Source: Alphaproteobacteria bacterium
Lineage (GTDB): Bacteria > Pseudomonadota > Alphaproteobacteria > SHVV01
Assembly (NCBI GenBank): GCA_965261735.1
Contig: OZ253470.1
Location: forward strand, 2,528,001 to 2,592,000
DNA length: 64,000 bases
Direction of reading: 5' to 3'
Shown here: positions 57,505-64,000 of the stretch, one piece after another
Numbering within the stretch: position 1 is the first letter of the stretch
How the letters are laid out: the number at the start of each line of letters is the position of its first letter
Notes under the pieces: model-generated
The model's input: only the letters and a program-made list of their open reading frames with translations
The model's database searches: none
What the model was told of the DNA's origin: nothing
Made by a program: the position numbers and the translations under genes

Positions 57505-58166
57505 GGGTCCTCGGCATCGACGGCCATCATGGCGGCCAGCACCGCGAGGCGTTCGCCCGCCGGCAAGGCCTTGTAACGCCGGCCCCAGTTGGCCGCCTTA
57601 CGCTTGATGCGCTGGCGGTCGGTGAAGTTCCGGCCTGCGTAGCTCGCCCAATGCACCCGGTCGGGCGCGAAGTTGAACCACACGACCTCGGTCCGCACCT
57701 GGGCCTGGGTCGTCACCTGCAGCGCCAGACTGCGCCAGCCCGCCAGCATCTCGTCATAGAGCGCCGAGGGATGGCCCGAGACCATCACCTGGCAGGGCAG
57801 ATCCTTGAGCAGGTCCAGGAGCGCGACATGGTCGACCTCCTCGTAGTCGAAGCGATAGCGCCGTGCCGAACGGCGGGTCGCGTGCAGATAGGGGGGATCG
57901 CTGTAGACCAGCTCCGGGCCCAGAAACGGGAACGAGGCCAAAAAGGCATGGGCACAGCCATGCACCAACTCGACCGGGTAGTCACAGGCAAAGGCCTCGA
58001 GCGCCTGCGCATCGCGGTCGATACCGATCGAGCGCACGCCCGTTGGCTTGCGCTTCATCAGCGCACCGCCCCCCAGGTGGCTCTCGATGTAAACGCTGTG
58101 CGGCGGCATCAGCGCAATCAGCGCCTGGCACAGACCGCTCGTCGCCTTCGACCCGAAATATCCCAC
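57501..58166 (-). CDS. DNA adenine methyltransferase (small Dam/D12-class)
   Basis: YFGSK, YIESHLGGGA (motif I), GID, YSDPPY (motif IV), MVSG, RTEVVWFNF; TGA stop overlaps the transposase GTG. Confidence 0.88.
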   Translation of the reverse strand: MGYFGSKATSGLCQALIALMPPHSVYIESHLGGGALMKRKPTGVRSIGIDRDAQALEAFACDYPVELVHGCAHAFLASFPFLGPELVYSDPPYLHATRRSARRYRFDYEEVDHVALLDLLKDLPCQVMVSGHPSALYDEMLAGWRSLALQVTTQAQVRTEVVWFNFAPDRVHWASYAGRNFTDRQRIKRKAANWGRRYKALPAGERLAVLAAMMAVDAEDP

Positions 58167-58341
58167 GCGCCGCTCCCGTCACACGAGAGCGCAACCCATA
58201 GACGCCCGATTCTATGGAGTCAAGAGACGATCAACGACGCGGCGGCGGAAACCCGGGCCGGTAAACAGCTTGCCGCAACGCAAGTGCATCGCCATTGTCG
58301 TCCTCCTGTCTCCGCCGCGCGCGGGCCGGCGGCCAGATCAC

Positions 58342-59040
58342 CTACTGAACCGCTTGCACGCGCCGGTAGATCTCTCCATACATAAAAAAGACGACGTCCT
58401 TGTACGCGTCGACGATCTTGATGACGCGCTTACGATCGGCCTGGGTCGGCGCGAACTCTTCGAGGAGCTCGCGCCCGATCCCCGAATGGTCACCGTCGGC
58501 CACATCGTGCACGCGCCAGAACGCGACCTGCTGCTCGCTCAGCCCGAACTTCTCCTGAAACTTGTCGGCGATACGCCCGAAGGTACCGGGGATCATGGCC
58601 TCGCCGGAGAGCATGTGGGCGGTCGCCCCCTCGAGGAAATCCGACTCGCACAGCTTCTCCAGGTACGCCTTCCAGGCGAGCGCGGTCGGCATGTAGTCGG
58701 CCTTCCACAGCTCCTCCTCCGTCCAACCCACCGCCGTCCCGAAATCGATGTACAGCTCGCAGTGCGGGCGGCCGCCGGCGAACAACTTGCCGGTTCCCTC
58801 CTCGTAGCAAATCTCGGCGATCAGCTTGCGCCAACGGTAGTCCGGGCAGTGCAGGTACAACCGGCCATGGTAGTTGTAGTTGGGCAGCGGCACGATGCTG
58901 TAGTGGTAGGCGAATTCCTTGACCTGATCGCGGCTTAGATTGCCGTCCACCAAGTCGCGCCACAGCGGCTGCGAATACAGCGGCCGCTCCTCGTGCATCT
59001 GGGCGATCCGTTTCAGAACGTCATCGATACTCAGGGTCAT
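58342..59040 (-). CDS. TenA/PqqC/CADD-like heme-oxygenase-like diiron oxidase
   Basis: EE-x-H (YEEGTG..PHCELY), E (SGEAMIP), FWRVHDVADGDH (HxxxDxxH) ligand pattern. Confidence 0.75.
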   Translation of the reverse strand: MTLSIDDVLKRIAQMHEERPLYSQPLWRDLVDGNLSRDQVKEFAYHYSIVPLPNYNYHGRLYLHCPDYRWRKLIAEICYEEGTGKLFAGGRPHCELYIDFGTAVGWTEEELWKADYMPTALAWKAYLEKLCESDFLEGATAHMLSGEAMIPGTFGRIADKFQEKFGLSEQQVAFWRVHDVADGDHSGIGRELLEEFAPTQADRKRVIKIVDAYKDVVFFMYGEIYRRVQAVQ

Positions 59041-59091
59041 GCCAAGCCATCCGTCCTCGGCGGTCTAGAGAGCGCCTCCGCGAAAACGCAT

Positions 59092-59123
59092 AGGGGGAGG
59101 ACCGCGCGTGCGGCCCTCCCCCT
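59092..59123. other. Intercistronic stem-loop downstream of the SBP gene
   Basis: AGGGGGAGG-ACCGC..GCGGC-CCTCCCCCT inverted repeat without a U-tract. Confidence 0.5.
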
Positions 59124-59132
59124 TGAGAGTAC

Positions 59133-60164
59133 TCAGCCCTTATAGGGGCCGATCTCGGCTAGCACCTCTTCCACCAGCGTACGGTCAAGAACGTCCGCCG
59201 CCGTGAGCTTCTTTTTCAACCCGCCCATTTCCATCTGTACCTTGACGGTGAACTCGGTGATCTCAGGCTCGACCCCACCGTTGACGCCCCACACCTTCGT
59301 GGCGTTGAGCCGCCCGATGACTTCGACCAAAATGTCCTTGTCGACGTCGGGAAGGATCTTGTGCATGATCCCCGCCGCCTGCTCAGGGTTGTCCATGATA
59401 AACCGTGCACCTTCGATGGTGCCGTGGACGAACCCTTTCAGGGCCTTGCGCATCTTGGGATCCGCTAGGTCCCCTTCACGCACCGCGAGGTAGGTGTAAC
59501 CAAGCCCGGGGAACTCCAAGGCCACCGGCGTGATGATGTTGATGTCGCCGGCGCGATGGCCGATCGTCGTATAGAGCGTATTGATCATCGTCGCCTGGAC
59601 GCGGCCCGCGATCACGGCCTGTAGGCGCGCGGCGTGACTGCCGACCTGCTGGAACTTCACCGTGCTCGGGTCGACGCCGTTCTTGCGCAGCACCATCTTC
59701 GGAATCTCGGTGGTGAGGTCCATCGGGCCCGCCGACGCGAAGGTCAAGCCCGCCAACTCGCTCAGTGTGGTGGCGACGCCCTTGCGGGCGATGATGTGGT
59801 AGTCGACCACCGGCTGCGAGGCGACGATGACCTTGACTTTGGCGCCCTCGCTCAGGGCCGAGAACATCGTCGTCGGACCGACGCCGCCGACCAGAGCCTG
59901 GTTGGCGAGCAGCGCGCGCATGCTGTTGGCGTCGCCCTTGACGTAGACCTCCTCGAACTTGATGCCATGCTTGGCGAAGAAGCCCATCTCATCGGCGACG
60001 TACCATGGCAGTCCGAAGGGTTGCGGCGCACCCGATCCATTGGAGCGCTTGACGACCATGAGTTCGGCCGCGCTCGCCCCGCCCGCGACGATCACCGCCG
60101 CGAGCACGCCGACCGCCGTCCCCAAGAGCGCGCGTCGTGACCTACTCCATAAACCCGTCCCCAT
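59133..60164 (-). CDS. ABC transporter substrate-binding protein (NMT1/THI5/SsuA-like)
   Basis: Twin-arginine-like signal SRRALL..ASA; VADEMGFFAKHGI; ARLQAVIAG; FIMDNPEQAA. Confidence 0.85.
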   Translation of the reverse strand: MGTGLWSRSRRALLGTAVGVLAAVIVAGGASAAELMVVKRSNGSGAPQPFGLPWYVADEMGFFAKHGIKFEEVYVKGDANSMRALLANQALVGGVGPTTMFSALSEGAKVKVIVASQPVVDYHIIARKGVATTLSELAGLTFASAGPMDLTTEIPKMVLRKNGVDPSTVKFQQVGSHAARLQAVIAGRVQATMINTLYTTIGHRAGDINIITPVALEFPGLGYTYLAVREGDLADPKMRKALKGFVHGTIEGARFIMDNPEQAAGIMHKILPDVDKDILVEVIGRLNATKVWGVNGGVEPEITEFTVKVQMEMGGLKKKLTAADVLDRTLVEEVLAEIGPYKG

Positions 60165-60342
60165 GACTCTCCTCCCTTTCCTCGCCTGATCGGATGTTGT
60201 TTCCGATCCATCGGCCCGACCTGATTCGGTGGGCCACATTATTCCTTTTGCCTAGCGGCGCCGCTAATCGACCACCGCCGCGGCGCGATGATAGCCGTCG
60301 CCATGGCGCAGTTCAACTCGCCACTCTCGGGCCGTCGACCGC

Positions 60343-61170
60343 CTACTTGATGCGCTCGCGCTCCAACGTGCGCCACTTCGACAGTCTGCGCTCCGTATGC
60401 TGGACGAGCTGGGTCAGGGCGACGCCCATGAGGCCTACGATAATGATCGGCACGAACATCTTCGAGGTCGCGAACACGGCACCGTAATTGACGATCATCC
60501 CGCCGAGCCCGGAGATCGCCGTGAAGAACTCGGCCACGATCATTGCTGTGATGCCGAGCCCGACCGAGAGGCGAATGCCGGCCATCACGTAGGGCGTCGC
60601 GGCCGGAAGTGTGATCTTGAAGAAGATGTCGCTTTCGCTGGCGCCGAAGGCGCGGCCGATCTCCAGCAGCGAGCCGCGCACGTCCTTGATGCCGGCGTAG
60701 GTGTTGATGATCACGGGAAAGATCGCAATCGAAATGAGAATCGTTAGCTTGCCAGCGGTCTCCAGCCCGGCCCACAGGATGATGAGGGGCAGGAGCGCGA
60801 TCCGCGGAGTCACGTAGAGCGCGTTGACGAAAGGGTCGAGCGTGTATTCGATGAACCACCACTGGCCGAGCATCACGCCGAGCGCGATGCCGCCGACTAT
60901 CGAAACGGTCATTCCGACCGTAAACAGCAACAAGCTTTCCTTGAGCGCCACGGCGAGATCACCGCTCAGGATGACCTCCCAGGTCGCCACGAACACCTTT
61001 GTCGGCGAGCTGAGAAAGAGTGGGCTGACCGAACGCCCGAAGTACTCCCACGCGATGAAGAAGATAGCGACGACGACAACGCGGATCAGGTTGGGATGCA
61101 GGCGCAGGAAGCGAACCGCCGCCGCGCCCGGGCTTAGTTCCCGGCCTGCGACCGGTTCCCTGCTAGCCAT
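60343..61170 (-). CDS. ABC transporter permease (SsuC/TauC-like)
   Basis: LSSPTKV, TPRIALLPL, FPVIINT, RAFGAS, LPAATP, IVAEFF. Confidence 0.9.
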   Translation of the reverse strand: MASREPVAGRELSPGAAAVRFLRLHPNLIRVVVVAIFFIAWEYFGRSVSPLFLSSPTKVFVATWEVILSGDLAVALKESLLLFTVGMTVSIVGGIALGVMLGQWWFIEYTLDPFVNALYVTPRIALLPLIILWAGLETAGKLTILISIAIFPVIINTYAGIKDVRGSLLEIGRAFGASESDIFFKITLPAATPYVMAGIRLSVGLGITAMIVAEFFTAISGLGGMIVNYGAVFATSKMFVPIIIVGLMGVALTQLVQHTERRLSKWRTLERERIK

Positions 61171-61200
61171 CGGGCGGCGGCCGGCCCGCGATGCCGCTAC

Positions 61201-61368
61201 CTAGGCGGCTTCGATGTGACGGATCGCGCCGCCCTCGGCGCCGAGCGCCTTGACCCGCTCCTGATCGTACATGTCCTGCCAGAAGCGATAGGAGAAGGTG
61301 CTGACGCCCTGCGTCTGGATCGGCGGCAGATCGAGGGCGATCGCATCGCCCGCCAGATAGACCTCCTC
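61201..61368 (-). pseudogene. 3' remnant of an unidentified gene, truncated by an IS-like end
   Basis: Host-like codon usage EEVYLAGDAIALDLPP...RHIEAA*, 30 bp before the permease; upstream sequence switches to lower-GC mobile DNA. Confidence 0.5.
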
Positions 61369-61483
61369 TTGCCCAGTTGAACGGGGTCGCGTGGGCGCTT
61401 GAGGCGATTTCCTGTCATAATCGCAGCATACCACGATTTGGGCTGAGGATTCAAACTGGCGCGATTCAAACTGTACCACTACC
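61369..61483 (-). mobile_element. Truncated IS end (GGTAGTGGTACAGTTTGAA terminus) with small-ORF fragment MTGNRLKRPRDPVQLGK
   Basis: Terminus at 61464-61483, duplicated TTCAAACTG; KRPRDP peptide recalled from small IS1/IS1595-associated proteins. Confidence 0.55.
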
Positions 61484-61829
61484 CGAATTAGAGATCGGCT
61501 TTTCCATGCGAGGACCCGCAGCGCGGCCAGGGTAGAGGGCCCCACTTACGTAGGGTCCGAGCGTTGTCGGATTTCGTCGTGTTGTCGCGCGACAAAATAC
61601 AGAAGGTGATTGTCGAACCTCTCATCTGGAGCTGAATAGCCTCCATATCACGCCCAAAACAGTGGCAGGGGGCAAGGCGTCGGGTAGGGGTCTGTCGAGA
61701 ACACTCTTGCAACGTCGTTTGGGTTAATGCCCTGAGGACTCAAATCCGTGGCAACCTCGTCGGCATGGGGAAACCGCCTTTGTCCCGGGGCTTATAAAGG
61801 AAGCTTGACAGAGCGTGACCCATTCGTGG

Positions 61830-61850
61830 GGAGGTGTCTCAGTTTGAAAT
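61830..61850 (+). mobile_element. Second related IS terminus (GGAGGTGTCTCAGTTTGAAAT), element extending rightwards
   Basis: Shares GG..GTG...CAGTTTGAA with the 61464-61483 end; followed by a 10-mer repeat and a small IS-associated ORF. Confidence 0.5.
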
Positions 61851-61881
61851 ATGGCGAGGCTGGCTTGGGAATGGGCCATGC

Positions 61882-61911
61882 ATTTCAGTTGATTTCAGTT
61901 GATTTTAAGTG
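61882..61911. repeat. Tandem 10-mer ATTTCAGTTG x3 (third copy imperfect)
   Basis: ATTTCAGTTG ATTTCAGTTG ATTTTAAGTG. Confidence 0.75.
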
Positions 61912-62026
61912 AGTCTAGGTGCGATCGTGTAGCCGGGCGTGAGGCCCTAATCATCGACGAGGGAGGATCGACCATGGACATGTTGAACTGGGGCGAGCGA
62001 CTGCCCGACGCGGAACGGCTCTAGCC

Positions 62027-62248
62027 GTGCCTAAGGGGCCACAGGGCCGGCGGCGCCCTGCCGACGTGATCGGTGCCGTCCACGTCGCCAGGATCGCTAC
62101 GGGCGAAATCGAAGAGGCGCCACCAAACGAAGCCGCCAAAGTGCGAGCGGGTCAGGCCGGTGCGCGCGTGCGCGCGGCGTCCCTAACGCCGGATGAGCGT
62201 GGCGCGATCGCACGCCGCGCCGCAGCTGCACGATGGACAAGAGAATGA
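62027..62248 (+). CDS. Small basic IS-associated protein (MPKGPQG..RPADVIG family)
   Basis: RPADVIG, ARIATGE, RAASLTPDER..IARRAAAARW. Confidence 0.75.
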   Translation: MPKGPQGRRRPADVIGAVHVARIATGEIEEAPPNEAAKVRAGQAGARVRAASLTPDERGAIARRAAAARWTRE

Positions 62249-62250
62249 CG

Positions 62251-62526
62251 ATGCCAAAGAAGGGTGCGGAGTGGGTCCTGCATAACTTCCACTTCGACGG
62301 CTCTATTCTGGAAAAGGCCTTGGATTCTTGGGGCAGTGCGGGTGATGTCCATGTGAGCTTCCATGTCTTCAGGTATCCGAAATCTGCGCATCTCCATGAT
62401 TGGAACCGTGTGGGAGAAAGCCTGTATGGTGCGATAGGGGCTTACGATGAACCAAGAATCGAACGGAGAGAAGAAGGCCCGGGAGAGCAAAGAGGGTCCA
62501 AATCAAGCCTCGTTGCAGCCCGCTGA
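62251..62526 (+). CDS. Hypothetical protein upstream of the DUF2335 gene
   Basis: Contains DWNRVGESL (DWxxVGxxL pattern recalled from ORFs preceding DUF2335 genes); overlaps the next start. Confidence 0.45.
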   Translation: MPKKGAEWVLHNFHFDGSILEKALDSWGSAGDVHVSFHVFRYPKSAHLHDWNRVGESLYGAIGAYDEPRIERREEGPGEQRGSKSSLVAAR

Positions 62527-62918
62527 CCAGGAAGAAGTTCTCCCTCCCGAAGTCCTTGACGCCCTTCCAGAAAACTTACGTTCGGTAGCTATCCGGGCTG
62601 CGTAGTTTAGAGGCCCCCTTCCGCCTCCGACGATGTTCTCCGCCTACGAGGAAAGCCTTCCTGGCGCTGCTGAGCGCCTGTTCAGGATGGCCGAAAAAGA
62701 GCAAGACCATCGGATATCGTGGGAACAAGGCGCCCTGCAAGGATCGCACGACACGACGAGACGCGGTCAGTGGCTAGGCTTTGCCATGTCAATCTTTGGC
62801 AGGTTTCATTGCCATGAATGGCGCCACAATCGTGGGTGCGCTGATTGCAGGCGGGAGCTTCATTGGCCTGCTGAGATCGCTTATCAAAATTTTAATTGAT
62901 AAAAATGCTGACAGATAG
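62447..62918 (+). pseudogene. DUF2335 domain membrane protein, premature stop at 62603-62605 and frameshift near 62795
   Basis: F.GPLPPP, YE..LPGAAERLFRMAEKEQDHR, RGQWLGF; final TM helix AGFIAMNGATIVGALIAGG in another frame. Confidence 0.75.
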
Positions 62919-62923
62919 CTTTT

Positions 62924-63949
62924 CCTGCTTATCCGTGACACTCCGCCTATGGGGATGTATGTTCTCAATATGTTCTGTATGAGGGGGTCACGGTTATGGG
63001 GTTCAAGGTTGCATCGCGCGTGCGTGGTCTGAACGACGAGGCGTTTCGGGAGGCCTTCGGCACCAAGGAGCAGTGCCGCGCGGCGCTGGTCCGGCTGCGC
63101 TGGCCGGGCGGCTTCGTCTGCCCCTGCTGCGGCCATCGGGAGCATTGCGTGTTGGCGGGTCGGGGTCTCTATCAATGCAACCGGTGCAAGAAGCAGACAT
63201 CGCCCACGGCGGGCACGATCTTCCACGCGACCAAGCTGCCGCTGACAGTCTGGTTTGCCGCCATCCACCTGATCGTGACGGCGAAGAACGGCATCTCGTC
63301 GGTGGAACTCGGCCGCCGTCTCGGGGTCAAGCAGCCGACGGCCTGGGCCGTGAAGCACAAGATCATGGCGGTGATGGCGCGGCGCGAGGGGGAGACGGCG
63401 CTTACGGGGCGGGTCGAGATGGACGACGCCTATCTCGGCGGGGTGCGCTCCGGCGGCAAGCGGGGCCGCGGCGCGGCGGGCAAAACGCCCTTCGTGGCGG
63501 CGGTCTCGACCAGTCCCGAGGGGCGCCCGCGCAAGCTGAAGCTGGCGCCGGTCAAGGGCTTCCGCAAGCGCGAGATCGCGCGCGGCGCCAAGCACTGGCT
63601 GGCCCCCGGCGCGGCGGTTGTGACGGACCGCCTGGGCTGCTGGAGCGCACTCGAAGAAGCCGCCTGCAGCCACCAGGCGATCCGCACCGGGTCGGGCCGC
63701 CAGGCGGCCCGCATGGCATCGTTCAAATGGGTGAACACGACGCTCGGCAACATCAAGAGCGCGATCACCGGGACTTATCGCAAGCTCGGCCCCGACCATG
63801 CCGGACGCTATCTCGCCAGCTTCGCCTGGCGCTACAACCGGCGCTATCAACTCCAGACAATGATCCCGCGTTTCGTCCATAGCGCCGCACGAAACCAGCC
63901 CATGCCCTATCGCCTCCTCATCGCCGGATGACTTTCAGGGATAAGCAGG
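62924..63949 (+). mobile_element. IS1595-family insertion sequence, complete (1026 bp)
   Basis: 24-bp imperfect TIRs beginning CCTGCTTATCC; perfect 8-bp TSD TAGCTTTT at 62916-62923 and 63950-63957. Confidence 0.95.
62996..63931 (+). CDS. IS1595 family transposase
   Basis: RWPGGFVCPCC..QCNRC zinc ribbon, AGTIF, VEMDDAY, GKRGRG, VTD, WVNT, RYNRR. Confidence 0.95.
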   Translation: MGFKVASRVRGLNDEAFREAFGTKEQCRAALVRLRWPGGFVCPCCGHREHCVLAGRGLYQCNRCKKQTSPTAGTIFHATKLPLTVWFAAIHLIVTAKNGISSVELGRRLGVKQPTAWAVKHKIMAVMARREGETALTGRVEMDDAYLGGVRSGGKRGRGAAGKTPFVAAVSTSPEGRPRKLKLAPVKGFRKREIARGAKHWLAPGAAVVTDRLGCWSALEEAACSHQAIRTGSGRQAARMASFKWVNTTLGNIKSAITGTYRKLGPDHAGRYLASFAWRYNRRYQLQTMIPRFVHSAARNQPMPYRLLIAG

Positions 63950-64000
63950 TAGCTTTTTGCCCTTATATCAGCTGCGGCAGGGCGCCTGGACCAGCGCGTA

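Larger units (their letters stand above)
55885..58273 (-). mobile_element. IS66-family (ISBst12-type, no tnpA/tnpB) element apparently carrying a DNA methyltransferase; far end tentative
   Basis: Terminal GTAACTACCCAGG at 55885; weak counterpart GCAAGCTGTTTACC (minus strand) starting at 58273; no TSD detected. Confidence 0.6.

Noticed and set aside
61484-61829. Short ORFs and a possible additional IS end (GGGTCTGTCGAGAA)
   Set aside because: No partner repeat or coding signal could be supported
61882-61911. Tandem repeat considered as CRISPR or iterons
   Set aside because: 10-bp units with no spacers, and no cas or rep gene nearby

Overview
High-GC chromosomal window from an alphaproteobacterium (Rhodospirillales-like gene order). 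Bases 1-~49.5 kb are the conserved replication-origin neighbourhood: leuS-lptE-holA, parB-parA-rsmG-mnmG-mnmE, rho-hemJ-hemH-hemE, a putative oriC (37.85-38.23 kb, perfect DnaA box), then PSRP-maf-aroE-coaE-dnaQ, secB-fxsA, Tim44-mltA and smr. Inserted into this backbone are a PAPS/sulfation cluster (APS kinase fused to a degenerate CysN, methyltransferase, GT9, two sulfotransferases around a porin) and an FNR-box/USP/cytochrome c/lutABC block. From ~50 kb onward is a mosaic accessory region. It holds a tRNA-3'-end-like att scar, HsdR and EEP nuclease remnants, and a Type IIG R-M gene whose nuclease motif appears deleted. It also holds an ISBst12-type IS66 transposase translationally coupled to a DNA adenine methyltransferase (top candidate for an unusual system), a TAT-SBP/permease/CADD-like diiron oxidase operon, back-to-back IS-end remnants, a DUF2335 pseudogene and an intact IS1595 with an 8-bp TSD. 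No rRNA, complete tRNA or CRISPR array was seen. Family assignments come from motif recognition only; no database search was run.
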